Positions 40,015-62,253 of a stretch of DNA of 64,000 bases are shown piece by piece. A model generated the notes under the pieces. The model did not search any database and was not told where the DNA came from. It was given only the letters and a program-made list of their open reading frames with translations. Positions within the stretch are counted from its first letter, which is position 1. Every line of letters starts with the position of its first letter. Both the position numbers and the translations under genes were made by a program. Source of the DNA: the human T2T-CHM13v2.0 reference genome, Homo sapiens; assembly GCF_009914755.1 (NCBI RefSeq), contig NC_060933.1; one strand, 5' to 3'.

Positions 40015-41160
40015 TTATTGATATTTCCACCTATGAATAAAGGGTAACTTCCTTAACCTGATAAAAGGAGTCGACAAATAACCTACAGCACCTATCATGT
40101 TTTGTGATTAAAAATATTGAAATCACTCCTTTTAAAATCAAGAAAAAGACAAGAGTACCATTGTCACTAAACTGCTTCCAAAGCTTATATGGAAGAGAAA
40201 AGGGCCCAGTATAACTAAGACAATCCCATAGAAGACTAAAGTGTGCGAAGGTGGGAGGTGGAGCTTATGTGAGTCTATCTCGTACCAGATTTGCTGTGAA
40301 GTTATAATTACCACAGCAGGAATTGCTATTGTGAAAGTGTATGCTTGTGTGAAATCTTGATGTATGCCCTGGCTAACATTACAGAACAGTCAGAAAGGGT
40401 CTATATGATCCATGGTATGAGCAATTGGTATCCATATGGGAAAATATCAGAATGCATCTCTATCCCAAAAATGGATCCCTATCACACAAAGGCCAGATCT
40501 AAATGGACAAAGGACTTAAATTTGAGATGCAAATATTTAAAAATCTTTTAGAAGAAAATATAAGAGGGTAACTTATTACATGCCACACCTACTATGTGTA
40601 CTTTGTACGATGCAAGTGTTGGATATGAGTGTAGTATGTAAGTGTAGATGCCTCTAAGCAGTATATGCATGCTTGCTACTTTACACACGTGAAACACTAG
40701 GAATGGGAGCATGAGAGGAAACCCTAGGTCATTCTGGTCTCCAGACTGCTGCTCCTGCCCACCCCCGGTTCCAGCACTCCCTTCCCCATTCTCCTATCCA
40801 GATCCTCTGTTCCAGGCACAGCCACTTACAGCAGCTCAAGCCAGTGGCACCCACGGAGAGGCCCTCTTCACCCTACTGCTGGGCTGTCATGTCCCCTTTC
40901 TTTTCTTTCTGAAAAACAGTTTTCTCTGCCTATGACTCCTCATGTTTCACTCTCTCTAAAGCACATGGAAGCCTGGTTCCCTCCTCTGCTTTATCAGACC
41001 TGTTGCTGTGAGTTCCACTAGTGACCCTGCATGACAAATTCGGAGGTTTGCTCCCTTTTGCATAGCGTAAAATGTTTACCTCGTGACATACTTGATAAAT
41101 ACAATTTTATAATTGTTAAGCTATCTATATATTCTGTATCTGTTTCAAAAATTATTTATA

Positions 41161-41493
<333 letters not shown>

Positions 41494-44400
41494 TTATTCC
41501 ATAATATTGCTCTCCATGTGTGTAATATGTTTCTACTTCACACATAGTTTTGATCAAAGATTAATCTATTGCACAGATATTTTTCTTAGTAATTAATAAA
41601 ACTCAGCTTGGATTTCTTTAGCTAGATAAAACACCTTATACTAAGTGAATCAATCAAAGCTCTTTGTTGGAGTGAGATCTGAAAACTTTCGCTCAAGCTG
41701 GCTGCCTCAGCTTCACGGCATCAAATAATGGAGGGAGAAGTGGAGGCTGACATGCAGCAAGAATGACTGTGTGTGTGCTGGAGAGATATTTTGTTTAATT
41801 CATTTATAAGATACTCATGCCACACTGCTACGTGCCAAACAGCTGTTCTTGCTACTTGGTAAAAATTAATCATCTAATAGTTGAAAAGTTAATTGTTGTA
41901 ATGTGACTTCAGTATGGCCAATCTCTGGGATTGAGAGCCAAAAAAAAGCATCACCATCATGATTGAGAAATGGAGTTACTGGCAGTAATGGAGCAAACCA
42001 CGATTCTGCACTTGGACACAGAATTATTCCTGACAAGATCCTGGCTCCTAACTCTTCCACCAAAACCGAGTCTGCAGCTCCCACACTGAAATGCCGCTCA
42101 TTTCACCCCAAGTGTGTTCCAGCCATTCCTTCTTCTCCTTCCTACCAGCTCTGTAATGTCTCCATCACAATGCTAAGGTCAGGGTCAATGGCACTTCGTT
42201 TCAGAAACTTTCTGAGAGCCCTGGAAAGTAATCTCTTCTTGTTCTTATTCCATGATCTCCTGCACCTTCTTTAAATCACTGATGATCATTTGTGTAGATG
42301 AGTTGTCTCCGTGTGTGTCTGACCTTTCTCCCAGTTGGTGAGTTCTGGAATCCAGGAAGCATTTTAGTAAAGTAATAGTTTTTAGTAATTTAGTTCACCT
42401 CTGTGCACCCTACAGCTGTTTCTCACATGTTGGGGCTGCCCAGTGAGCACTTGCTGAGGGAAACTGCAGGGAGACTTGCAGGTCAGGTTCACTGAGCCAG
42501 AAAGTGAAGCAAACTGAGAGGGCAAAGTGCAAGACACTGGCTGAAATATATGAACACACTGGGGAAACAAACATCCCCGGCCTCTGTGGAGGCGGAACAC
42601 AGTCGCTGAGGTCTGTGATTCAGCAGCACCCACCTGGCAAAGCATGCTCAGCATCCGGCTTCGTTCTCCCATAGTGCTTTCATGGTGAGGAAGAAAAGCT
42701 ATACATACTAACATGGGCCAGCTGGAAACCACAGCTATATAGTATTGCTTTTCAGCTTTTCAGCTGGAATTCCGAAAGAACTCTGAGGTCATGCAGAATG
42801 CGGCATATTGTTAGATGGGGCCTGGGTGGGCTTGGTGTTAGAGGACCTGCCCCAGGTCATGGTCTGTGGTGGGGAGGGAGGGTGCGATTTCCCATCCCCT
42901 TACCTCTTTGTCCCATCTTTTTTGCCCTGTACACACATGATCGTCCTCAATATCTTAAGTAGAATCTCCCATATAGCTAAAATTGATATTGGCATCTAAA
43001 GTATGCCTAACTTAGCTGAATATTTGGCCTTTGCCTTTAAAGGATCTGTAAGTTATTGGGATGAGACCAAGGAGAAAAAGGAAGACCATAGATAAGCATA
43101 ATCTGCCATCCAATAATTTCATGACATGCTTATCCTTGGAATAAAGTTGGACTGTTGTCAGGAAACTGTCCCACCATTTTTGTTGCATGTAGAGACCTCC
43201 ATTGCTATGGCCTCCATTGTAATGGGCTGTCATTGGGTTTGAAAAAAGTCTACATGTTGATTTTGATGGCAATAAAAGAGTCAGAGGTGCAAGCTGGAGC
43301 AAGGTGCTCGCCAAAGCTAGGCCTTTCCCCTCCCTCAGGAACTGGCAACAAGAGCAAGAGTTAGCTTCCTGAATGTTTGCATTTCAAAGAGACAGCTCTC
43401 AGGTCTTTGAGGAGACAATTCTGGGATGTAGATTTACACTTCAAAGGCAGAGAAAAGATTTATAATTGCAAGCTTTCTAAGGTTCTAAGAGGGGATTCGG
43501 GGCTCTACCTGCCCATCACCAGGTTTTGCCTGAAACAAACAGTAAATTCTCCTTGCAAGTGAGCTTTCTCAGGCAGTCATTTTAAGGAGGGCTGGGGTCA
43601 TCTGTGGGACATCCTTGTGCTGCTGGAAGCCTCACTAGAGTTTGGTCCTCTCTTTGGGCAGGGGTTTGGAAGGAGTAGTTAAGTACTGCGAGGCCTGCGT
43701 TCTCATGACCAAAGTTCACAAATGCCCATTTCCTTCTTTCTTTCTTTTTCTTTTTTTTAATATTTAAAAATCTTTATGTGTCTATTAACACCTTTTGGAA
43801 ATTTCCATCCCTTTCAAACTATGTTCCAGTCAAACAAAACAAAGTGTGGCCCAGCAGCCCTGGGGAGTCTCTGGGTGAAGGGGAGATGAGCACACAAATG
43901 TTGAGAGTTTGAGAACCCCTGGCCTTGATCTTTATGATAGTTGGTCAAGTGGTCATCAGTGAAATCCACAGGGATTCCCTGAGAGTGTATAGCTTTGGCA
44001 TGATGGTTGCTGTAATCTGAAGGGGAAAGTAGAAGTTTACATGTGAGCACTGAAGAAGCTTGAGACTGTCTCGCTCTGTCACCCAGGCTGGATGCAGTGG
44101 GGCCTTCTGGGCTCACTGCAACCTCCACAATTCTCCTGCCTCAGCCTCCCCAATAGCTGGGATTACAGGTGCCTGCCACCACATCTGGCTAATTATGTTT
44201 TTCTTTAAAATTAGTTTTATTTAAAAAGTACAAGTAGCATCTTAGTTTTACTTTTGCAAAAAGTAAAGAAATGGTGTTTCGTTGCAAAAATTAAACAAAT
44301 AAATTTTGGATTGTAGAAAATTCATTAAAAACTCAAATTTTAATTTATTTAAAATCTATCTGGTGCTGTAAGTGTGGCTATTGGCAGATCTCTTTTTATT

Positions 44401-44599
44401 TATTTTTATTGATTTATTCATATTATCAATAACTAATTTTTAAATTATTATTCGTGAGCCCTTTCCCATGACAGCTTCTTGGAAATTTCTTTCTCTCCCA
44501 TTAATCTAGTATGATCTCTCAGGCATTCTTATTTAAAGTTCTTCCTCTCACTATTCCCTTCTTCACCATCATGCCTAGGTTAGTTACAAAGAACTAATT

Positions 44600-45722
<1,123 letters not shown>

Positions 45723-46403
45723 CTTTCTAACATACTATAAATTGATATGTCTACTTATTGATTAGAAGACAGAAATTAATCACTGGATTTCATTATCACG
45801 CTGACTTTTAGGATTAAAGGCAGCCTGTGGTTACAGATGCAACATCTTTACATTTCGAAGAAAAACAGGAGAGATTTGTCTTTGGCTCCTTTGGACCTCA
45901 CTGAGTAATAGAAAAGAGAGAATTGAACAGGTTTGGATGATACAGCACAAGTCAGTTTAAAGTTCCAGGCAAAGAAAGCAACGGTTATTTTTCACTCCAG
46001 AGAGTGAATCATTCTTTGGGGCCACAAAAGAGAAGATTTGAAGAATAAGCAGGGACATCTAGAAGGTGGCTGAGTGTACTCCATCAGGTTAAATTAAGCT
46101 ATTTTGTTGTTGTTGTTCAAATAGCTTCCCCACAGGGTACATTTCATATCTAAAGTGCTATTCCCTCTCCCATCATTTTATTACATACGCAATATCTGGC
46201 TGAGAACCTCTTTCTTGCCCTCCTTCTTACTGGTTAAGAACACAGACAGTCCTCTCTTTGCACAGCAGTGCAGGGCCATACAAATCACTATGTAAGCTAA
46301 AGATCTGTAAAGTGACCTAAATAATCCATGTGAAACATCGACTGTTCTGTGTCATTTAAAAATTTTGGCCAAAACATTAAAAATCTCTTACTGTTGGTTA
46401 TAA

Positions 46404-46718
<315 letters not shown>

Positions 46719-46724
46719 GGGAGT

Positions 46725-47300
46725 ACTTCATTTTTACACTGTAATTTAAAACATTAAACAACAGCCAATTAAAGTGCTTTATTTATTTATAGACGTGTAT
46801 CAAGCCCAGTTTGAACAGTGCTTGCCTCCCTCTTGTCGTATAGCTTATGATAAGGAACCAGCAGTGTTTCTATGCCTTGGTGAACTGTCGTGCTGTTTTC
46901 GGAACAGCATCTAACATTGTCAACGTCATGCAATATCTACAAGAGTTCCTTTAATATGAAGTTTGTTGCTGTCTTTGCCGGCATCACTTCCTCTGGGGCT
47001 TCTTCATCCTTTTCATCACAGCTGCGTTCCTCATTTATGTCAGAACACTGCGTTGCGCCAAGTTCCTCTTGCTGCGTTTCCTGTGGTGAGCCAATTCTAT
47101 GATTCCATTTACATTGTATTTGAATACACTTCCAGGGTTATCACATTTTTTATTTCTTTGCCGCACATCAATGGTTGTTGACCAGTTTTTTCTTCTGATT
47201 ATTCATATTTATAAATGTCACATGGGTTTCTCACTGGGAGACAAGGAGTCAACACGATTGCAGACTCTGCTGTCTGTGTGCGAACTAGCAGATGCACAGT
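46725..47300 (-). mobile_element. Old TcMar-Tigger element (Tigger13a-like)
   Basis: Reverse strand reads 'tgatgaaaaggatgaagaagccccagaggaagtgatgccggcaaag...ttcatattaaaggaactc'. Confidence 0.6.
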
Positions 47301-47320
47301 GAGCAGTCACTGACAGGCTT

Positions 47321-47784
47321 TGAAGGAGGTGAATTGTGTCCCCCTAAAAAGATATGTTTGAAATCCTAATCCCCAATATCTCAAAATAATATGATCTTAT
47401 TTGGAAATAGCACATTTACAGAGGTTCTCAAGTTAAAATGAGGTCATTAGGGTGGGTCCTAATCCAATAGACTAACTGATGTCTTATAATAAAGGAGAAT
47501 TTGGATACAGCTCCAGACACACACACAAAAAAGACGATGTGAAGACACATAGAGAAAACAGAGTGATATATCTGTAGATCAGACAACACCAAGGATGGCT
47601 GGCAAACCCAAACAGGAAGGAGAGGGGAAGAAGGATTCTCCCCTAGAGCCAGCAGAGAGCGTGAACCTGCCAACACATTGATTTCTGACTTCTAGCCTCC
47701 ACAACTACGAGTCAATACATTTCTGTTGTTTTAAGCAACCCGGCTTTTCATACTTTGTTGCAGCATCCCCACAAGATTAATACA
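47321..47784 (+). mobile_element. MLT1B/C LTR
   Basis: 'gaattgtgtccccctaaaaagatatg' through 'ttctgacttctagcctccacaact' to 'taataca'. Confidence 0.85.
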
Positions 47785-48344
47785 GTCCCTAATCATGATG
47801 CTTGCCTGTTATTTACTCACATAGGCATTTGTGGAATTAAGAGCTGGGAATGAAGTTTGGATTTTATGTAGTTGCTCACAGTTAGCATATTGTGGTAACT
47901 GAAATTGTAACCACGTTTTTGGGAGACTAGTGCTATTTAACTAAACTATGTTAATTAAACCTGTGCATATTCAAATGTGCAAAGCCAGGACTGTTTTTAC
48001 TTAGTTCAGGTATTTAGAGGGAAAGAATGTTTGCCTCTTTTCAGGGCCTTAGAGCATGCCCTGTGCCAGCAGGCCCCTTCCACAGCTACTTAACATCTCT
48101 TCTCATCTTGCCAGCCACCTCTCAACTCAGATGACCAGCAAGGCCATCTTTGACTATCAAAATGAAGTAGCCCCTCTCCGCTTTTGACTACGTTCACTTG
48201 CTTTATTGTCTTTATAGCATTTTTATTTACTAAAATAACATTTTTTTCATTACTTGATTTTTTTCTTGATTCAGTACTTCTAAAAAATGCAGATTAAAAT
48301 TCCAATGACAAACCAAGTTAACTAATGTTAAAAAGTGTGATACT

Positions 48345-48654
<310 letters not shown>

Positions 48655-51147
48655 CTATTAGGTATTGTTGAGAATATAGATCTATCAGAACCTTTAACTT
48701 CTAATGGGAGCATAAATCGGAAAACAGTTCATTTTAACTTAGTGTACAAATCTTTTGACACAATGATTTGAATGTTGGGTTTATACCTTAGAGAAAATCT
48801 AACTCTTATGTCCAGGAGACTCATACAAGAAAAGGACATCTACTTTTTGTAACAGAAAAAAATGGATAATAACCCCAATCTAATAAAATGGAATGCTCAT
48901 TATAGTATTATCCTGTGAAGGAATACTCTAAATCAATGCACAGAAAGTACAGATAAGAATATCATAAGAATGAATCTTACAAATTTAATATTGAACCAAA
49001 AAGCAATTTCAGAAAAATATATTCAGTGTGATCCCATTTGTTTAAACTGAAAAACATGTAAAACAATAATGTTCAATGTCCTTTACTAATGCATTTATTT
49101 TGGCAAAATTATAAAGACAAGAAATGGGACTAATTAACAGGACAGTGTTAAGGACTCTAAAAATATGGGTAGTTTTTGATTCTTAGGCAGGTAATGTGTA
49201 CATCAGTGTTCATTTTATTATTTCTTACGCTGTCTTCATGACTTACACATATTTTGCTAGTTTTAAAACATAAGATGTGATAATAATCTAAACAGACCAA
49301 AGGAAAAAAATGAATATGTTAAAAAAAAGACAGAGAATGAGCCCTGTCTGATAGAAAGCATAACAAAGCAAGTAGAAGAACTCTCACGAATGCTTGATCC
49401 AATAAAGCTAGGTTTGTGATCCACAACACTTCAGCATTTTAATGTGATTTTTGATGTTTGCTTTTTGCAACGGTGATTCTCAGTTGCCTCCCTCCTATGT
49501 CTTTACAAGCTGAAATCAAGTGAAGCTACTTCTGACTTTTTCTAAAACTAAAACACAACATGAAGGTCTGCGTATTCTTTCACATGTGAACGTATGTGGC
49601 ACTTTTCCATGATGCAACAGCAGCGGGTCTCTAGCTAAGCTACAGCAGCAGCTCTAAGAGGCAGAGGACCCTGAAATGAGGCTGAAAGAAAGAATAGTCC
49701 ATAACTGACATCAGGCAGGCTGCTGTTGTAAGCAAAGAAAGGAGGCTCACAGGGGCGCGGACTCAGGCCAGGTCAGGCTATTGTGGGAGAACACGGAGCA
49801 CACGTGTCAGCTGGAAAGGGGCCGGCTCAGGAGACAAAATAGGCACGAGAGGAAACCGAAAAATTGACATACATGACTATCCTTGTAGAAATGTATAAAG
49901 GTTTGGATTATTTTGCTTATCGAGTTATAATAAACTTATTCTAAAAATGTTTATGTAAAGTATTATGTACATTTTTGTTTTACCTTATAAAGATTATTTA
50001 TATTTGAATTGTGTGGTTTTGGAATGACAGTATTTATAAAGTTGGTTTTGACATTCTCTACGATGCTTAATGAAGAAACTGACGTTCAAAGAGATTGGTT
50101 AATTCCCTGTGGCCAGTGGCTGAGCTGGGACAGAGTTCAGGTTTTCTGATTCTCAGCCTATGTTGTTTTCTCTTCATTTTAATGTGAACCTAAATAGGTA
50201 TAGGATCTAGACAAATATGACATGTAGTGCCTTATTTCTTGTTTTCTCTGTAATGAATGCCAGGTGAGATAACTTTATTTACAAAAGCCCATCCAGTGGC
50301 TCAGGTTGCATCTGTAGTTGCCTTTGAATCATTTATTCAACGTCAGGATGGTAAAGTGAGGAGCTTCCCCAAACTGAAGCAGAGTGGCATTTGTCCCAGG
50401 TTGTAGAGTGTTCCCTGCCATAAATAAAGACATGCTGGTTCTTGTTATTTATACAGGCACTGGGGTTCCCATTAGCTCTTACATTTCATATGCTTAGAGC
50501 AAGAAGCTAGAGAGTGACTTAGGATACAGTGTAAAGATAGTAAATTAAGGCAGTTCTGCAAGATTTTTAGGACTTCTTTTTTTCTTCTATTCATCATTTA
50601 TGAAGTATTCTTGCTGGAAATAGTTTATGTCTCTCTATCTTGCTGACTGATGAATACTCGGCCAGGATGCTAAAATGTGGTTTCATGAAGTATGTTGTGT
50701 TTCTGTCTGTTCTTGTTTCCTTCCTTGAAATGTGTAAAAGTGAAAAACATATTAATCATAAATCAAGCATTCATCATAAGCCTAAAAAAAGATAAAATAA
50801 TCAGTAGTATCATTGACTAAAATTATTACTCACCAAAAGAAACTCACTCCAAAGTTAGCACAATACTAACAGAGAATCCTAGTTTTGCCAGGAATCACTG
50901 AGGCATAGTACCTCACATGGGAAACATGGGAAGTAAAACCACCTGAGGAGCCGCTTGATGGTGAGTCAGGCTGTTCCTCGAAGAGCAGGCTGTGACTGCC
51001 AAACTTTGTAGGTTAAGGAGTATTTATAATGATCTTTGAGGAAACTGCAACTGACAATTGAGGAAAAAAAATGTTAGTTCATGACTGCAAAATACATGAC
51101 AGAATCACAAAAAGTATTTTACAAGTTTAAAAAACAAACCTGATGCT

Positions 51148-51600
51148 GATGCAAGGTAGGCGAACCCCAAAGTGGGGCTTAGCCTGCAAGGGTTCTTGGC
51201 TTCACCCAGGAAAGGATTCAAGGGCGAGCCAGTGGTAAGGTGGAAGAAAACACCTTTATCAAAGCAACACTGTTACAGCTCCTGTGGGGTCACAGCTCAG
51301 TGACTGCTCCCAGGGTTGCCCCATAGGCAGGGTGTCGAGAGTAGTGGCTGAGCCCAGTTTTGCAGTCATATGTATACCTACTTTTAATTACATGCAGATT
51401 CAGGGATGGTTTGTGCAGAAATTGTTAGGAAAAGGGTGGTAATTTTTGGGTCATCAGGTCATTGCCGCTGAAAGGGGTGGTAATGCCTGAGTGTTGCCAT
51501 GGCAATGGTAAACTGACAGGGCACACTGGTGGGTGTGTCTTACAGAAAGCTGCTTCCGCTCTGTCCTTGTTTAGCTAGCCCTCAATCTTTTGTTTGTAAA
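51148..51600 (-). mobile_element. ERV1 LTR (MER61/MER41-related)
   Basis: Motifs 'gggttcttggcttcacccaggaaaggattcaagggcgagcc' and 'gttgccatggcaatggtaaactgac'. Confidence 0.6.
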
Positions 51601-52228
51601 TTAGCAAGAGAGTCATGGTCTTGGCGTTTTATCCCAGAAGTACAGTGGACCCCAGAGCACTCTAGACCCAGGAGCCAAACCAAATCACAGCATCCCACAG
51701 TTGTGTCCAGCCCTCCATCACTGATTGGCTGCAATCCAACAAGTGGCCCAGAGGGGAGGGTTCATTGAAAGCTCTTTGCTAAGTGACAGGCCTTTAAGGA
51801 GGAAAAGGCTCTTAAAGATTGGTATGGGATGGGGGAAGTGTTTGTGGTCACCACGGCACCCCAAGGCTGTGGCCTTCTCTGAGCACCCTGAGACTCAGCC
51901 ATGTCTTTCTCTCTGTTTTCCCACAAAACCAGCCAGTGCTAAAGCATATCCTCCTGGCCTACAAACAGTGGCCATGACTTCCAACTCATCCAGGCTACTT
52001 CTGATTTAGTGTTAGGCCGCCCACTTGATGTGTATGTTCCCATGCTGTGTCGACCCTATTACTTAATGAAAACACACAGCACTCGTTTGCTTCTCAACTT
52101 ACTTCTCATGAAATATTACTACTCCTCCCCACCCAATCACAATCCTTTGCTGCCAAAAATCCCTTGCTACCCTGTACATTTTGCCCAATAAGGGAACCCC
52201 TCAGCACACACACACAATGGCCTACTCA

Positions 52229-52381
<153 letters not shown>

Positions 52382-52736
52382 TCATCTCACTTATGTAATC
52401 ATGACAGTACCATTAATTGTATTATCCCTATAATACAGATGACAGCTGCCAAAAATATGCAGAGAAGGGTTAATTAAACTGCATAACATTACTCAGAGAA
52501 TGCATTCTTTTTATTCCATAGGTTTTTCTATTACAGTACTACATACACAGAGGCCTTCCATTGGAAATAACTTATAGGAATTATTGTAGGTCTCTTTGCA
52601 CTTTCTTCAGCTCTTGGTTTAGGTCTCAAATTGTGAGTGATTTCTCTCTTTAGTGAAGTTGTAATGCAATTCATTACCATAGCAGAAAACACAGAAAATA
52701 TTACCTATTTATTAACTGGAAATGCACTCACATCTT

Positions 52737-55305
<2,569 letters not shown>

Positions 55306-55339
55306 TTACACATTAATCTTAAATTACACATTAATAAGT

Positions 55340-56435
55340 GTGTAATGAAACATCCCCTTTTTTTATTTGAGTTCATTTCAATAGATATGGAAATAATAGA
55401 AAATGCATCTGACATCAAATTCCTGGGAAGTACAGGCAAAAAAAAAAAAAAAACAAAAAAAAAAACAGATCTTTAAAGGTATTTGAATAAGTAAATGTTG
55501 CAGCCAAACCATATCACTTGTTAAAAATGCACGTTAACCATTGAATCAAAACCATATATAAGCTTAGATAATTCAATTTCAACCAGATTATTCCTTTTAT
55601 TCTTTAAATGATGGAGAACATTATAGCCATAGGCTCGTGCTGACAATTTTTCCTTAAATGAATGAAAAGATGAATTTATTTTTCTCAAAGAATTCTGTAC
55701 CATTATAGGAATAAAAGATCAGCAGTTGTAACAGGGAATGGCCAAAAAGCCTGAAATAACATTGCTGTTAAGAATTAGCTGTTACAAAATCGCCCCAAGA
55801 AATCTCAGTGGTCCACAAACTTCACATGGTTGAAGGCCATAATTATTATAAAAGTTGAACTATGTTAATTCAGAGGTCACTCTCATTATTACTCTCAAGG
55901 ATCCAAGAGCCATGCGTAATCCCAGAACATTGCGTACCTAATCAGGAATGGAGAAGTAACGTCCTTTTGAATTTTATACCTCTGGGGCTGCCCATAAAAA
56001 TCTTAGGATTTTGAGCTCTTTGAGGGTCATGATTTTTACCTCTATTCTCTTTGTGTCCACAAACATCTAAGATATCAGTAATGTTATTCACTAATTTGCT
56101 GACAAAGAGGAAATTGAATAAAATTTAAATATATTTACTCTGAAAGTAATAAAATTTAAATATATTTACTCTGACTATATGATCTTTAGAATAAACTAAT
56201 TTTTCAGTGATTCATTCTGCACAATTTTAAATCTTTTTCATAGTAACCTCAGTTTGCGTGACTTTAAATGGGAAAACTCACATTTTAAATGTATAATGAA
56301 ACATCCTCATTTTTGATTTGAGTTCATTTCAATAGATATGGAAATAATAGAAAATGTCCCTGAGGTCAAATTCCTGGGAAGTAGAAGCAAAAAAATACCA
56401 GATCTTTAAAGGTATTTGAATAAGTAAATGTTGCA
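55340..56435 (+). repeat. Dispersed ~145-165 bp direct repeat (55340-55503 and 56290-56435)
   Basis: Both copies share 'atttgagttcatttcaatagatatggaaataatagaaaatg...caaattcctgggaagta...cagatctttaaaggtatttgaataagtaaatgttgcag'. Confidence 0.9.
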
Positions 56436-56888
56436 GTCTGTACTTTATCAGTAAGCTATGATACAAAAAACAATGCATGGCAGTTGCTTGTCAATTTTGT
56501 GATTTATTCAGAAACATACATCTCTGCATACACTTACAGTTTTATACAGTAGTGCAAAACGTCAAAAGCACTGATGTTGCTCAAAGGAAATGTTAAGGAG
56601 CTAACTAAGGCTCGCTGCAAATTCCTTCACAAACCCGTCCAATCCTGTGAGCGTCGAGCGGCCTTCACATCACAGCCTGCATCCTGACAGGCCTGTGAGA
56701 CCCATCCCGCTTCATGGAACATGAGTCAGCAGCTCAGGGAAGGACAAGGACATCTACATAATTGGCTTGAAATATTCAACTTTTCAAAATTTTATATTTT
56801 CATACATATAAATATATATTCTAAAAATGTATTTTTGTTTTTCTATCCGAACAGAAGTGCAATAATTCTTTAAAAATACTTCTAAACA

Positions 56889-58495
<1,607 letters not shown>

Positions 58496-59634
58496 CACAA
58501 AACAAAACAAGAAAACACAATATGTGTGTGTGTACCTATGCATGTGTGCGTCCATACAAGTGCACACACACACCCCCTTCACCTCCATTACTTTCCAAAG
58601 TGGACAAATGTGTAATTATTTCTAATTAATCATTAGAAATACATCAAGGAACAAGTACAATAAGGCAAGTAAATTTACTGATATCCCATCAGAGATAAGT
58701 GGGACATTGCAAATTAACAACAATGGAGGAACAAACCACAGTTTATTTTCTTACTTTATGAGACATCCTTTTTGAATTTTGAAAAATTATAGAGAAGTAT
58801 CTTTAATTTGGTGTAGATGCTTAGTTATTCAAAAGGGAACTTAGAAAAATTAGAAGCAGGCCACTTCATTATTTTTCACAATAATAACCAATATGAAACT
58901 TTTCCTGGAAGACTAAAATCTTACCACAAAGAAATTAAGCAAAAACATTGGGCACTTCTTATATAAATACAGCCTGTTTTGAAATGGTATGTTTTTTAAT
59001 TTTTACAAACATTTTCACTTGCAGATAATTTCGCATGTGCATAAAAGTTGAAAAAATATGCAAAGAACTCCCATATACCTACCCTTTACCCAGGTTTATC
59101 AATTGTTAACAGATCATCACACTTGTTTATTCTAGATAGGTATTGATATAGATATACACACACATTTTTCTGAATTATCTAAGAGCAAGATGCAGACAGT
59201 ATGCCCCTTTATTTCTATACACTAGTGTAGATTTCCTAGGAACAAAGTCATTCCTTAAAGGAGGAAATTCAGTGAGGCTTTCTGCAGTAAATGACATTCT
59301 GAGCCAGCTGATTTGGCCTTGTGACCAATATGAGGGACTATTTAACTTTGTATTTTTTTATCTCCTTCTTTCTTTACACCCAGTTATATTGTTTTCCATT
59401 TCGTTTACTCGCATAAATGTCAGATTTGTCCATGTGATTTATCAGGTTTATCAGAATATCAACTTGAATCTTTTCTTTTCTCTAACATTTATCTAAATAT
59501 CTCAGGAGACTCTCATCCTTCCTTCTCTCCTTTATTCCATTTGCAAAGTTAAAAAAAAAGCCTCAATTATGGCATTTCAGTATTCATAGTAGTACAGATA
59601 ATACATTTATATCAAGGAAAAGAAACGCATTTTA

Positions 59635-60183
<549 letters not shown>

Positions 60184-60714
60184 TTACATATTTTCATATA
60201 CCTTATTTTTATTTTAAATCAGTTGTATGCACTTTAGTATATTGTCAACAAGATAATATTTCTAAAATAAAAACCAAGACATCAAGGGTTTACTTTCTGA
60301 ACATTTCTTAACATTAAATCAGCACAGCATCTTCCCAGATCTTTTCGTTTTTGGATGGCTCCATACTTTATTCCCTACCCACTTCCTCTTTCCTTTAAAG
60401 AATGATTAACAGATTCCATAGACAATATCAAATGAAACCCGAAACATAACCAAAGTAATTGGAAGTAAAAGAGAAGGAAGGGTAAGATAGTTAACATAAA
60501 CATGAACCAGTTTATACACTTTTTAATAATGTTTTTCTTTTACTTAAAAAATAAGTAGAGTGTAAAGGTAGTCCTTTGTTTAATCACTGAATCTCAAACT
60601 GTTTACTACAGAATAAAACAAGTAAAATAATCATGATCCATTATAAGCTTAATCAAGATGAGCACTGTTTAATCCTGATTAATTTATAACTAATTTTCTG
60701 CTGCTGGTACACTT

Positions 60715-62070
60715 TTTAAAAACAGCTTTGTTTAGCCATAATTTAAATTTTGTGTAATTTACTCACTTAAAATGTTTCATACATATTAATATATTCATTC
60801 AGTTGTTCAATCATCACCAAAGTTTCATTTTATAACATTTTTGGTACCCTCAAAGAGTCCCAGTACCCATTAGCAGTCACTTCCCATTCCTCCTCCACCT
60901 TACATCATTAGGCAACCACTGTCTAAACTTGCCTGTTTGGGAGATTTTATATAAACGGAATAATACAAAGTGCACTCTTTGGTTCTGGTTTCTTTTATGC
61001 AGCATGATATTTACAAGAATATAATATTTTCACCCAGGTTGCAGCATGTGTTAGTACTTCATTCCTTTTGTTGGTCAATAACATGATATCATATATACGA
61101 TATACGATACACCATATTGTATTTATCCATTCATCAGTTAATTAACATTGGGGTTGTTTTTACTTTTTGGCTATTATAAGTAATACTGTAATAAATATTA
61201 AAATTTTTTAAGAGCTTGTGAAGAATGGCACTAATTCTTCTTTAAATGATTGGTAGATATTATTCTAGAAATGATATCATTTCATCAACATTATCTAATA
61301 TGTTGACATTCTTTTTTTCATAGTACCTTTAACAGTTCTTTTTATTTCTATAAGGTCAATAGTAATGTCCCTCTTTCGTTCTTAATTTTAGTAAGTTGAA
61401 TCTTTCTTTCTCCCTGTAAGTGTAGCTAAAGTTTGTTAATTTTGTTAATCTTTTTAAAGACCCAACTCTTGGTTTTGTTGATTTGCTCTACCATTTTTTC
61501 TATTTCTTTAATTTCTATTTCAATGTTTATTATATCCTTTCTTCTGCTTATTTTTCATCATGATCTCATCTCTGACTCATTGGTTATTTGGAAGTATGTA
61601 GCTAATTTTTATAAGTTCTGCTTTTCCCAAAGTTCTTTCTGTTTTTAATTTCTAATTTAATTCCACTTTGATCAAAGAACAATCATTTTCTACTTTTTTT
61701 GAGGTTTGGTTTTTGGCCTAGCATGTGATGTATTTTAGGAACTGTTCCATGTGCACTTGAGAGTAATGTTCTGCTTTTGGGTGTACTGTACTGTCATCTA
61801 GCTAGTTTATACTGTTACTCAAATCCTCCATATTCTTGCTAGCATCTATTTAGCTTTTCTGATTATCGAAAGTGAGATACTGATGTCTGCTACGATTACC
61901 ATCTCCAACTATTATTGTTGAATTCTACCTTTAATTCACCTTTAATTCTACCTTTAATTTTTGCTTTGTAGATTTTGGAAAAATTTCGTTCAGTGCACAT
62001 AGGTTTATAATTTTTATACCTTCTTGATATATTGTCTCTTTAACATTACAGCATGTCCTTTTTTATCTCT
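60715..62070 (-). mobile_element. Old L1M fragments
   Basis: Reverse L1M 3'UTR ('tttatccattcatcagtt', 'aggcaaccact') and ORF2 text. Confidence 0.7.
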
Positions 62071-62072
62071 GA

Positions 62073-62253
62073 TGTATCAGTCTGTTCTCACAGTGCTAAT
62101 AAAGACATACTTGCGACTGGGTAATTTATAAACGAAAGAGGTTTGACCTGGCTAGGGAGGCCTCACAATCACGGTGTAAGGCAAGGAGGAGCAAAGTCAC
62201 ATCTTACAATCATAGCGGCACGCAAGAAAGCATGCTTTATAAAAGCATCACAT
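62073..62253 (-). mobile_element. THE1 LTR fragment
   Basis: tgtatcagtctgttctcacagtgctaataaagacatac... Confidence 0.8.

Noticed and set aside
41700-43700. Possible CNTNAP3 or other gene exons in apparently unique sequence
   Set aside because: No translation matches a protein I recognise and no convincing exon structure is visible; part of it may be a decayed LTR.
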